Source: an uncultured archaeon
GTDB lineage: Archaea > Iainarchaeota > Iainarchaeia > Iainarchaeales > JAAZKV01
Assembly: GCA_964551375.1 (NCBI GenBank)
Contig: CAZKBG010000001.1
Location: 837,329 to 869,328, forward strand
Reading direction: 5' to 3'
Length of the DNA: 32,000 bases
The position numbers were made by a program, and so were the translations under genes. This document shows, one piece after another, positions 23,897-31,983 of the stretch. Below the pieces are notes generated by a model, which was given only the letters and a program-made list of their open reading frames with translations, was not told where the DNA came from and ran no database searches. Numbering within the stretch: position 1 is the stretch's first letter; the number at the start of each line of letters is the position of its first letter.

Positions 23897-24535
23897 ATGC
23901 AAAAATTAAATTTCTTAGTTCTGATGATAATTGCAATACTCTTAATTCCTACAATAACTCTCGCATTCTGCGGGGACGGAATAATTGAAGATGAAGAAAA
24001 GTGCGATGGCACAAATTTTAACGAAATGACGTGCGAAAATCTTGATAAGGGATATATCGGCGGAGAACTATCATGCACGCTTGACTGTAATTATAATTTG
24101 AGAAAATGCCTTCCGGGAGCTACTGATGAAGAAACTGATCCATCAAAACCAGGCTCTCCGACAACAGGTCCAACATGCGGGGACGGAATTGTTGAAGGAA
24201 AAGAAAAATGCGATTCAATTAATTTAAACCAAAACACCTGCGATAGTTTAGGGTACAACGGCGGAACACTTGCATGCACAGACGGGTGCGTATTTGATTT
24301 GAGCTTATGCGGACAGTTAATTAATCCAAACCCAACCACTCCTGATTTAGTGCAAAAAGACAATGAAGGAAATATAGTTAGAACAATAGGCGAACTTGCA
24401 ATGGAATACCTCCCGCTTGCAGTTGTAGCTGTATTGATTATTTTTGCAATTTATCTGGTGTTGATTACAAGAACCACTGCTGAACAGGAAAAGAAAGAAA
24501 TTTTAGAAGAACTTGAAAGCAAAAGATACAAGTGA
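23897..24535 (+). CDS. Membrane-anchored surface protein with two CGDG-type cysteine-rich repeats
   Basis: Signal peptide. Two ~47-aa repeats: CGDGIIEDEEKCDGTNFNEMTCENLDKGYIGGELSCTLDCNYNLRKC and CGDGIVEGKEKCDSINLNQNTCDSLGYNGGTLACTDGCVFDLSLC (resembles Myxococcus-type/DUF4215 Cys-rich repeat). Pro/Thr linkers and a C-terminal TM (LPLAVVAVLIIFAIYLVLI). Confidence 0.7.
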   Translation: MQKLNFLVLMIIAILLIPTITLAFCGDGIIEDEEKCDGTNFNEMTCENLDKGYIGGELSCTLDCNYNLRKCLPGATDEETDPSKPGSPTTGPTCGDGIVEGKEKCDSINLNQNTCDSLGYNGGTLACTDGCVFDLSLCGQLINPNPTTPDLVQKDNEGNIVRTIGELAMEYLPLAVVAVLIIFAIYLVLITRTTAEQEKKEILEELESKRYK

Positions 24536-24539
24536 GCTC

Positions 24540-25187
24540 TTATAAATTTTCAACAGTATCGCAGAACTGCGAAATTGTGTCAAGCGCGTCCTTATTAGTA
24601 GATTCAGCCGCAAGGAAAACGCCCTGAAGCTTCTGTTCCTTAATCTTCTGCGAAAGAGTATGCAAAAACTTTTCAATAATAACATCTTTATTATAAATTA
24701 AAAGAGTGGTAATTGAATCAACTATCACAAAACCATTTTTTTTGCCGATTCTATCCAGCGCTTTTCCAACTTCAAGGCTTAACTCAATCATATCGCTCGG
24801 TCCGTCAAGATAACTAATCTTATCGCTCTCAATCTCCTTGCCGTTAATCATCTGGGTAACCGCGTCAACAAAATAAATATCATCAGTGGAAATATTCTGA
24901 AGCTTTAATTCCTCATTAATTTCATTAGCGCTCTTATTAACAGTAAGATAAACGCCCGGAAGCCCTCTGTCAACAAAGTACTTCATTATTCTCAAATATT
25001 TTAATTCATGCTGGCTTCTTGGAAGAACAAGAATAACGCTGAACGTCTGCTGGAGATTTCCAAAAATTTCCTTAACCTTTAAATCAATATTTCTGCTTGG
25101 GCTCAATAAATCAAGAACAGCTCTCTCATCAAGCTCTTTTTTTTCTTCAACTGAATTTGGTTTAATGTCATCAGCCACAAAAATCAC
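24540..25187 (-). CDS. RecA/KaiC-like domain protein lacking a P-loop (putative inactive partner)
   Basis: 215-aa ORF. Its GTG start overlaps the upstream stop (GTGA at 25184-25187). GVYLTVNKSANEI occupies the P-loop position and GFVIVDSITTLLIY is a Walker B-like strand. No GxxxxGK[ST]. Confidence 0.55.
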   Translation of the reverse strand: MIFVADDIKPNSVEEKKELDERAVLDLLSPSRNIDLKVKEIFGNLQQTFSVILVLPRSQHELKYLRIMKYFVDRGLPGVYLTVNKSANEINEELKLQNISTDDIYFVDAVTQMINGKEIESDKISYLDGPSDMIELSLEVGKALDRIGKKNGFVIVDSITTLLIYNKDVIIEKFLHTLSQKIKEQKLQGVFLAAESTNKDALDTISQFCDTVENL

Positions 25188-25870
25188 TCATACATTTCCT
25201 GCTTGTCAAGAATTTCAACGCCCTGCTTTGAAATAACAATAGGGTGGGTTTTTTCGCTGATTTTTGTTCCCCTCATTTTAATCACAGCCGCGCTTCGGAC
25301 AAACCTTTCCTTAACTTTCTTGTGGAATAAAACAATCGCTCCGTCAGCAACATACTCTTCAAGCCCGAACAAATCCCCATCTCGGCTGTTTGCTTCATTT
25401 GTAATAATCGCAGTACACCCGCTTTCCTTAAGCATTTTTCCAAGCTCAAGAATTTTCTTTCTTGCTTCAAGCTCCTTAGAAAAGTACAATCTAAAAATAA
25501 CTCCCGGGTCAATTACAATTCTCTTGGCCTTAACTCTCGCAATAGTATCCTCAATAACATCCTTTAACTGGTCAAAATCATACAAATCAATTGTAACAAT
25601 ATCAACCTTCTTTTGCTTTATTAATTCTTCAAAATCCCAGCCAAAAAGAGAGCCTAATTTTAGAATATCCTCTTTAGATTCTTCAAGAGAAACAAAAACG
25701 CCGTTCTCGCCAAATGTCTTTGCGCCGTGATATATAAATTCCATGCAAAAAATAGTTTTTCCAGAGCCCGGATCCCCGCTTACAACTACAAGATTGTTTT
25801 TGGGTACCCCTCCTCCAATAATATTATCCAGCCCCGGAACCCCGCTCTTAATTCTTTCAAGATCAGTCAT
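25184..25870 (-). CDS. Single-domain KaiC-like (ArlH/FlaH-like, RecA-superfamily) ATPase
   Basis: 228-aa ORF. GVPGLDNIIGGGVPKNNLVVVSGDPGSGKTIFCMEFIYHGA (Walker A) and KRIVIDPG (Walker B-like). Size and layout match single-domain KaiC homologues. Confidence 0.85.
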   Translation of the reverse strand: MTDLERIKSGVPGLDNIIGGGVPKNNLVVVSGDPGSGKTIFCMEFIYHGAKTFGENGVFVSLEESKEDILKLGSLFGWDFEELIKQKKVDIVTIDLYDFDQLKDVIEDTIARVKAKRIVIDPGVIFRLYFSKELEARKKILELGKMLKESGCTAIITNEANSRDGDLFGLEEYVADGAIVLFHKKVKERFVRSAAVIKMRGTKISEKTHPIVISKQGVEILDKQEMYE

Positions 25871-25966
25871 TTTATCAGCAATAATTAGAATAGGATTTAT
25901 AAGTTTATAAATGAATAAGCCACTAACTTTTTCCTTTAAAAATGCGGAAAAGCGCGCGAGGAAATC

Positions 25967-25974
25967 TTTATAAA
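25967..25974 (+). promoter_or_regulatory. Candidate TATA box (TTTATAAA) for pilin gene; AGGAGG SD at 26027-26032
   Basis: TATA-like octamer in the 169-bp divergent region between the KaiC-like operon and the pilin gene. A second candidate, TTCTATAT, lies at ~25986-25993. Strong SD 7 nt before ATG 26040. Confidence 0.35.
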
Positions 25975-26039
25975 GAGGTTAAACTTTCTATATTGCAACT
26001 AAGCGTAAAGAGCGCTTAAAAGGGAAAGGAGGTTTATTT

Positions 26040-26477
26040 ATGTTTGATAGAAAAGGACAATCAGCTTTGGAATATCTAATGACTTACGGATGGGCACTAA
26101 TCGTTATTGCTATCGTTATCGGAGTATTAATCTTCGTAACAAGCGGAGCAACAGGCGGTGTAACTTGCCAGTCACAGTCAACAGGAATCCAAGTAACTGA
26201 ATGGGCTGTTAAAGCAGGTTCAGACGGTGTTGGTTTAACACTTAGAAATGCAACTGGAGGAACTATAACTCCAACAGGAGCAGCAGGTGCTGGTGTATTC
26301 ACTGACACTAACAACACAGCATTTTCACTAGTTGTGAGAAACAATACATTCACAGTTCAGGGAATAGACGGACCAATAGCAGGACAGACTTTCTCAACAG
26401 GATACGTTGATGTAAATTACATAACTCAGGGAAATCTAACTGCAACAGCAAGAATTGTTTGCTCAGGAACAGTATAA
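26040..26477 (+). CDS. Archaeal type IV pilin-like protein (class III signal peptide)
   Basis: MFDRKGQSALEYLMTYGWALIVIAIVIGVLIFV has the QxSxExxxL-type prepilin signal (predicted cleavage G|Q). Two Cys (VTCQSQ ... RIVCSG). Followed by a small hairpin and T runs. Confidence 0.8.
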   Translation: MFDRKGQSALEYLMTYGWALIVIAIVIGVLIFVTSGATGGVTCQSQSTGIQVTEWAVKAGSDGVGLTLRNATGGTITPTGAAGAGVFTDTNNTAFSLVVRNNTFTVQGIDGPIAGQTFSTGYVDVNYITQGNLTATARIVCSGTV

Positions 26478-26630
26478 AGTTTTTAACCTCTTAAGCCCAA
26501 AGACTGCCAAAAGCAGTTTTTGGAGCTTCTATTTTTTTAACAGATTTTTATTTTAATGTTGGGCTGCCAGCGTTTTTTTTAAAGCCCTAACTATTAAATA
26601 CTTCAAATAAGTTCATTTGTAAGTGAGATA

Positions 26631-27074
26631 ATGTTTGAAAATAGTGCACAGTCGGCGCTGGAATATTTAACTGCATACGGGTGGGCGCTGATAGTTGTTG
26701 CGCTTATTATTGGAGTATTGATTTTTGTAACAAGCGGGACTACAAGCGGAGTATCCTGCCAAAGCCAGGGTCCTTTTTTTATTGTAAAAGAATGGGTAAT
26801 TAATCCGGGAGCTGGGGGAGTTGGAGTTACTCTCTCAAATGTTACTGGCGGAAATATTAGCTCAATAAGCTCTTACGGCAAAGGAGACTTTGACGGAAAC
26901 GGAATAGTTTCTAATTCATCAGTTTTAAAAAACGGGGAAGTTGTAATACAGGGAATTGATGCGCCTTTAGCAGGGGAAACATTTACAAACGGAAGAATTG
27001 ATATTAATTATGTTACTGAAGGAGGGTTAAATTCCTCAACATACTTAATATGCACAGGATTTCTTCCAGATTAA
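26631..27074 (+). CDS. Archaeal type IV pilin-like protein, paralogue of 26040-26477
   Basis: MFENSAQSALEYLTAYGWALIVVALIIGVLIFV. Shares a C-terminal block with the neighbour (VIQGIDAPLAGETFTNGRIDINYVTEGGL...LICTG vs TVQGIDGPIAGQTFSTGYVDVNYITQGNL...IVCSG). Confidence 0.8.
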   Translation: MFENSAQSALEYLTAYGWALIVVALIIGVLIFVTSGTTSGVSCQSQGPFFIVKEWVINPGAGGVGVTLSNVTGGNISSISSYGKGDFDGNGIVSNSSVLKNGEVVIQGIDAPLAGETFTNGRIDINYVTEGGLNSSTYLICTGFLPD

Positions 27075-27148
27075 TTTCTAAAGTAATCTTCTAAAGAAAA
27101 CCCTCCTTTAAGCAACTCTTTAATACTACTTAATTCATTAATCTCAAA

Positions 27149-27979
27149 ATGAAAAAGGTTGAATTTATTCAAACTCATTCAATAGCCACTGAAAGAAGCT
27201 TGTTTGGCGAAAAGCTTCCCGGTTTTGATTTATACACAGAGCATAAAGGCGCGTTTATTTTCAAACTAAAAGTCCTTTACAGGCACGAACCAAACGGGCC
27301 CTCGGGATGCGTTATAAAGACTTTTTTAATAGGGATAAAAAACGGAAAAATCGAGTGGAGCGGGGAAAAGAAAGACGCTGAATTTGAAAAAAAGATAGAA
27401 AAGCACGCTGAACTAATTACTAAACCAGAGCTTTTGATGGTCAAAGTAATTGATGAAGAAATGGAAGTGCTCTTAGAGGAACAGGAAAAAATAGAAAATG
27501 AAATTGAAAGAATTGAAGCGCTTGTGCTAAAGGGAAAAACAAAGCACACCATGCAGAAAATATTTGTCTCAAAGAAGAATTTAATGAGAATAAGAAATGT
27601 GACAAAAAATTATTTAAGCATATTAGGGATGCTGACAAGAAAAAATGATTACGCTGATTCAGATGCCACAACCCTTTATGAAGAAATACTTCACTTTGAT
27701 GAGATTACTGAAAACCAAAAAGAAGAATTGGCAAGCTTAATTGACGCGCACTTAAACACAGTATCAAATAAAATGAATCAGGTAATGAAAGTTCTCACAA
27801 TAATAACGACTCTTGCTGTCCCATTCACTGCAATTTCAGGAATATTCGGAATGAACATACTTCTCCCAATGCAGGACCATAATTTGGCATTCATATTAGT
27901 AATTTTATTCATGGTTGGATTTGCTGGACTGTTACTAGCTTTATTTTACAAAATGGGCTGGATAGGCGAAAAAGAATAG
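27149..27979 (+). CDS. corA: CorA-family divalent cation transporter (short N-terminal domain)
   Basis: MNQVMKVLTIITTLAVPFTAISGIFGMN (GMN motif) plus a second TM, LAFILVILFMVGFAGLLLALF. Long acidic coiled-coil stalk. 276 aa in total. Confidence 0.8.
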   Translation: MKKVEFIQTHSIATERSLFGEKLPGFDLYTEHKGAFIFKLKVLYRHEPNGPSGCVIKTFLIGIKNGKIEWSGEKKDAEFEKKIEKHAELITKPELLMVKVIDEEMEVLLEEQEKIENEIERIEALVLKGKTKHTMQKIFVSKKNLMRIRNVTKNYLSILGMLTRKNDYADSDATTLYEEILHFDEITENQKEELASLIDAHLNTVSNKMNQVMKVLTIITTLAVPFTAISGIFGMNILLPMQDHNLAFILVILFMVGFAGLLLALFYKMGWIGEKE

Positions 27980-28074
27980 CCAATATCTTCTTCTATAAAA
28001 GTCGGAATTATTTAAGTTGTGTGTTAAAAGTGCGTTGGCTCCTGCGTTGAGTTAGTAATTTTTTTTATTAAAGT

Positions 28075-29088
28075 TTATGCGCCAGCAAGCCCGCCAAAGG
28101 ATATTTGAACTACCACTCTTGTCACAAAGAACAACACAAGCGAGATTATCAAAATCGGCGGGAAGTACTTCATTCCGGCTTTTTCCGTGCCTGAATTAAT
28201 CACTCCAAGGACAAGCGAGGCGAATAAGCTTGTGACAAGCAAATCCACCATGGAGAAAAGCACAATAAAACTTTCTGTAATGTTTGAAGTCGGAATTCCA
28301 ATCAATCCAAGAGCTGGATTTTTTGTTGAATACCCCTGCATTACTTCAGGGTCAAGCCCAATATTTGCAGTCTGCTCGGTCATTACTCCGACAATGAAAC
28401 TGCTGATTCCAAAAAGAGCCGGAGCTCCGCAAGCTGCGGAGAAGAATATTAACATTACATACATCGCAGTGTTTGAATTAACTTCTGATTTTAGCGCGTT
28501 CTCTTCTCTTAAATCACTGCTCAATTGAACAAGAAGCTGGGAAATCTGCCCGCCGTTTTTAATTCCTTCAGAAATAAGCCACATGGTTCTTTCGAGAATT
28601 TTGCTTTTAATGTTTAAAGAAATCTCAAGAAGCGCCCGCTCAAGCCTCTCTCCAACCATTATTTTTTTACTTGCTTTTTTTAATGCAAGACTAAGCGCCC
28701 CAAATTCAGGCCTTGCAGAAACAAACAAACTTCTTTCAGTAGTAAGCCCTGATTTAATATTTGAAGAAACTAATTGAAGCGCGTCAGGAAGGATTTTTTC
28801 AACCTGTGATCCGCGGGAATCAGCCATATTGCTGATCCAAAAAATAGCTCCTGCAAAAATAACAGCAAAAGTAGTAACAAAAGCAACAATTGAGTTTGCC
28901 TGCCCGAGTTTGATTAAATAAAATGACATCATGAACGCAACTATCGCAAGAAGAATTCCTATAAGGAAAATAAACCCAGTGAATTTATCCGCGTCATAAT
29001 CAAGCCCTGCGTACTGGATTTCTTTTCCAATCCACTCCCGCGCATTGCGAGGCAAAAGTCCTGCAGCTCTCTCAAACATTTTAACCAC
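28075..29088 (-). CDS. Type II secretion system F-domain membrane protein (TadC / FlaJ-half-like)
   Basis: 337-aa ORF. A cytoplasmic T2SSF-type helical domain (LPDALQLVSSNIKSGLTTERSLF...LISEGIKNGGQISQLLVQLSSDL) is flanked by TM segments. Overlaps the upstream gene by 8 nt. Confidence 0.8.
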   Translation of the reverse strand: MVKMFERAAGLLPRNAREWIGKEIQYAGLDYDADKFTGFIFLIGILLAIVAFMMSFYLIKLGQANSIVAFVTTFAVIFAGAIFWISNMADSRGSQVEKILPDALQLVSSNIKSGLTTERSLFVSARPEFGALSLALKKASKKIMVGERLERALLEISLNIKSKILERTMWLISEGIKNGGQISQLLVQLSSDLREENALKSEVNSNTAMYVMLIFFSAACGAPALFGISSFIVGVMTEQTANIGLDPEVMQGYSTKNPALGLIGIPTSNITESFIVLFSMVDLLVTSLFASLVLGVINSGTEKAGMKYFPPILIISLVLFFVTRVVVQISFGGLAGA

Positions 29089-29998
29089 TCATTAGGTTTG
29101 GTCTTTTAGACTTCATAATACCTACAAACATGAATTCCACTATAATTAATCCGCCAAGCATTCCCCAAAACATCATTTCGGTTATCTGCATTTTAGGAAA
29201 TGAGCCAATAACTATCAAAAATGTAACTCCCAAAGCTGGAATAATTACTCCAATCATCAGGTAGACTAGTGAAAGCATTTTGAGACTGTTGCCGTATTTT
29301 TGAATCTCAATCTGCTGTTCTCTTGTAATAGAAGCAACGCTTTCGGTTAAAACATCATTAACATCCGCGCCTGCCTTCATTCCATTAACAATCTGCCAAA
29401 GAACTTTTCTTAAGTAAGGGCTCGGATTCTTTACCGCAAGCTCCTGAAGAGCAATTTCTTCGCTAACTCCAGTGCTGATGCTGTCAACCGCTTCTTTAAG
29501 CTCTGCGCTTAACTGCCCGTATCTTTTAGTTGAAGAAATCATGTATAATGAATCAAAAAGACTTACTCTGCTCCTGATTTGAACAAGCATGGTTCTTAAT
29601 GCAAAAACAATATTTTTTTCAATATCCCTGATTCTTTTCTTTGTTTTAATATTAGGATACGCGTACATTTGAAAGAATACCAAAAGCCCGACTACAAATC
29701 CAATAAAAATTCCAAGAAGAATGTAATGAGGGATAAGAATTGAGCCTATTTTTGTGGAAGAAGTCACAAATTTTCCCAAAAGAAAAACCATTACCCCGCT
29801 TAGAATAATAAAATAAAAGAAAAAACTAAACGCCATCACAGCGCCGTACTCTTCAACAGAAATTTTAATCCCCGCTGTGTATAAATCTTTTTCCAAATTA
29901 GGAAACATTTTTGAAACTCTATAGCCAAGCCCCTCAAAAGGCTCTGCTATTTTTCTCATCGCTTGCAGCGGCATCGGAGCAAAAGGAATCATTTCCAT
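29081..29998 (-). CDS. Type II secretion system F-domain membrane protein (TadB / FlaJ-half-like)
   Basis: 305-aa ORF. T2SSF-type domain (ALRTMLVQIRSRVSLFDSLYMIS...WQIVNGMKAGADVNDVLTESVASI) and TM segments. Starts 1 nt after the ATPase stop. Confidence 0.8.
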   Translation of the reverse strand: MEMIPFAPMPLQAMRKIAEPFEGLGYRVSKMFPNLEKDLYTAGIKISVEEYGAVMAFSFFFYFIILSGVMVFLLGKFVTSSTKIGSILIPHYILLGIFIGFVVGLLVFFQMYAYPNIKTKKRIRDIEKNIVFALRTMLVQIRSRVSLFDSLYMISSTKRYGQLSAELKEAVDSISTGVSEEIALQELAVKNPSPYLRKVLWQIVNGMKAGADVNDVLTESVASITREQQIEIQKYGNSLKMLSLVYLMIGVIIPALGVTFLIVIGSFPKMQITEMMFWGMLGGLIIVEFMFVGIMKSKRPNLMSG

Positions 29999-29999
29999 C

Positions 30000-31568
30000 C
30001 TATTCCTCCATCAGCTTATTTTTTTCCACTGCTCTTGTAACCACGTCTCTGTCCTTATAGTATTGCGCGATTACTTTTCCAACAGAATTAAGGTCATTAA
30101 TATTTTTATCAACCATCCATTCAAGGATTTTCTGCTTCTCTTGCAGTTCGTCAAGCACTTCATTTTTGCTTAATCCAGTGTGAAGGGATAATTCATCAAA
30201 TAATCTTGTGCTCTCGTTGTGTCTTGCAATTTTATCGTCCCCGCTTCTCCACCTGTAAAGCACATTTGCTCTAACACTTTCTTCTCCAGTTCCGTGCTTT
30301 TCTAAAATAAATTCTCCGACCTGAAGAACTCTTCTAACGCCAAGTCTTCTGTTTCTAAACATTACAACATTTAAGTGAACAGTGTCAAGCATGCTCTGGG
30401 GAATATTGATTGGAGGATTTGTTAATCTCCTGATTGTTTCATCAGCAGTATTTGCGTGAAGAGTGGAATAAACACTGTGCCCAGTGTGCATTGCTTCAAA
30501 CATTACTTCCGCTTCTTTTCTTCTTCTAATTTCCCCAACAATTATACGGTCAGGTCTCATTCTTAATGAATTCACAAGAAGATCAAGCATTGAAATTTTT
30601 CCCTTCCCTTCAGGATTAGCTTCCCTTGTAGTCATTGGCACATAGTGCATGAATTCAGGAGGGCGAAGTTCCCTTGTGTCTTCAATACTTAAAACACGAT
30701 GATTCGGCTGAATAAACGGCAGGCACACACCAAGAATGGTTGTTTTTCCTGAAGCTGTTCCTCCGGAGAAGATAATATTTAATTCATATTCCATTGCTTC
30801 CCACAAAAGCGCCATTACTTCAGAAGAAACTGTATTGCTTCGAATTAAGTCAGTCACAGTCCAAGGGTCTCTTCTAAATCTTCTAATAGTAAGAGTGTTA
30901 CCGTCATTTGAAATAGGGAAAAGAGTTGCATTAACACGATCTCCAGTAGTCAAGTGCGCATCAAGAAGAGGCTCAAGAGTTGTAATCTGCTTTCCAACTC
31001 TTCTTGCAATAATACTGCCGTAATTATGAATATCATCTTCTGAGCCAAGGTAAATATTAGTCTTTAACCAGCCGTACTTTTTATGATAAACCCAAACAGG
31101 GTCCTTGCTTTTATTTACGACAATTTCTTCTAAATTCGCATCGGCAAGAATCATTTCCATTTTTCCCAAACCAAGCATTTCCTGCAAAAGAAAACCTATA
31201 AGCGAATTTTTTGTTTCCTTAGTCGCAGTAGGAAGCTCAACTGAAATAATAGAATCAGCTCTTTTTCTGAACCTGTCCTTTAAAGCGTCAACAAAATGCT
31301 GGTCGATTAAAGAATCCGCCTTGATTGAAGCCTCTGAAATTATTGAATTCTTTATTTCCCTCATCAAAGCATGAGTTCCTTCCCCAAAATCAGGAAGGCT
31401 CAAAAAGTACTCATTTACATAAGCTTTTTTTCTTTCAACAATCCTTACATCAGCGCTTACTTCATCAGCAGTTACTTTATAGAGCTCAACTAAGTTAAAC
31501 TCATCAAGCATCTTGTCCGATGACCACTTTCCCCTTACTTCAACCATTGTTTCACCAATATTATCCAA
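30000..31568 (-). CDS. FlaI/PilB-type type IV pilus (type II/IV secretion) assembly ATPase
   Basis: 522-aa ORF. Walker A FSGGTASGKTT, LSIEDTRELR, Walker B region RIIVGEIR, His box EAMHTGHSVYSTLHA. N-terminal domain typical of archaeal FlaI-like ATPases. Confidence 0.9.
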   Translation of the reverse strand: MDNIGETMVEVRGKWSSDKMLDEFNLVELYKVTADEVSADVRIVERKKAYVNEYFLSLPDFGEGTHALMREIKNSIISEASIKADSLIDQHFVDALKDRFRKRADSIISVELPTATKETKNSLIGFLLQEMLGLGKMEMILADANLEEIVVNKSKDPVWVYHKKYGWLKTNIYLGSEDDIHNYGSIIARRVGKQITTLEPLLDAHLTTGDRVNATLFPISNDGNTLTIRRFRRDPWTVTDLIRSNTVSSEVMALLWEAMEYELNIIFSGGTASGKTTILGVCLPFIQPNHRVLSIEDTRELRPPEFMHYVPMTTREANPEGKGKISMLDLLVNSLRMRPDRIIVGEIRRRKEAEVMFEAMHTGHSVYSTLHANTADETIRRLTNPPINIPQSMLDTVHLNVVMFRNRRLGVRRVLQVGEFILEKHGTGEESVRANVLYRWRSGDDKIARHNESTRLFDELSLHTGLSKNEVLDELQEKQKILEWMVDKNINDLNSVGKVIAQYYKDRDVVTRAVEKNKLMEE

Positions 31569-31575
31569 AATTAAA

Positions 31576-31983
31576 TTACTTTGCCATATCTTCGTTTAAA
31601 TCCTCATCGCTTAACTGTTCGCCCCTTCTAATCATTTCCCTTCTTTTTTTTGCTTTCTCAAACTCAGCGCTTATTAACTTAGGAGAGCCGAAAAGAGGGT
31701 ACTCAATTCTAACCGAGCCAGCTTTTTCAAGAGTCAAATAACATTCCCTCAACTTTGAGCCGTCCATTTTCAAATCCTTTCTCAACTTGCCTGCATTAAT
31801 AATTCCCGCTTCATTAATTGCCCGAAGAACCTTGTCAAAATCCGTTATAACGCATGGATTTTTCAAGTCAGTTTCGCAAAGAGTATTTTTTTTGCGCTTA
31901 TCCGGAGCGGTAATCATTACAGGCTTTGAAATATCCTCGATATTTTCATCATCTTTTTCTTTTTTAGTCATTTTAATCAGCAA
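31576..31983 (-). CDS. Small acidic/basic protein with probable winged-helix domain, first gene of pilus operon
   Basis: 135-aa ORF ending 7 nt upstream of the ATPase. ITDFDKVLRAINEAGIINAGKLRKDLKMDGSKLRECYLTLEKAGSVRIEYP looks wHTH-like. The likely start is the internal ATG (MTKKEKDD, 31971). Confidence 0.5.
   Translation of the reverse strand: MLIKMTKKEKDDENIEDISKPVMITAPDKRKKNTLCETDLKNPCVITDFDKVLRAINEAGIINAGKLRKDLKMDGSKLRECYLTLEKAGSVRIEYPLFGSPKLISAEFEKAKKRREMIRRGEQLSDEDLNEDMAK

Noticed and set aside
25203-25730. 175-aa plus-strand ORF
   Set aside because: Antisense to the KaiC-like ATPase, which has a clear Walker A. Ser/Phe/Leu/Ile-rich with no motif. Similar shadows were dismissed at 3554-3883, 13723-14079, 16850-17191, 20066-20449, 28187-28528, 30736-31374 and 31520-31987.
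24540-31983. Interpretation of the locus as an archaellum operon
   Set aside because: The filament subunits have pilin-type (QSALEYL) rather than archaellin-type N-termini. No ArlF/G/C/D/E/X candidates are present. The platform is split into two Tad-like genes. A non-archaellar type IV pilus is therefore the better reading.
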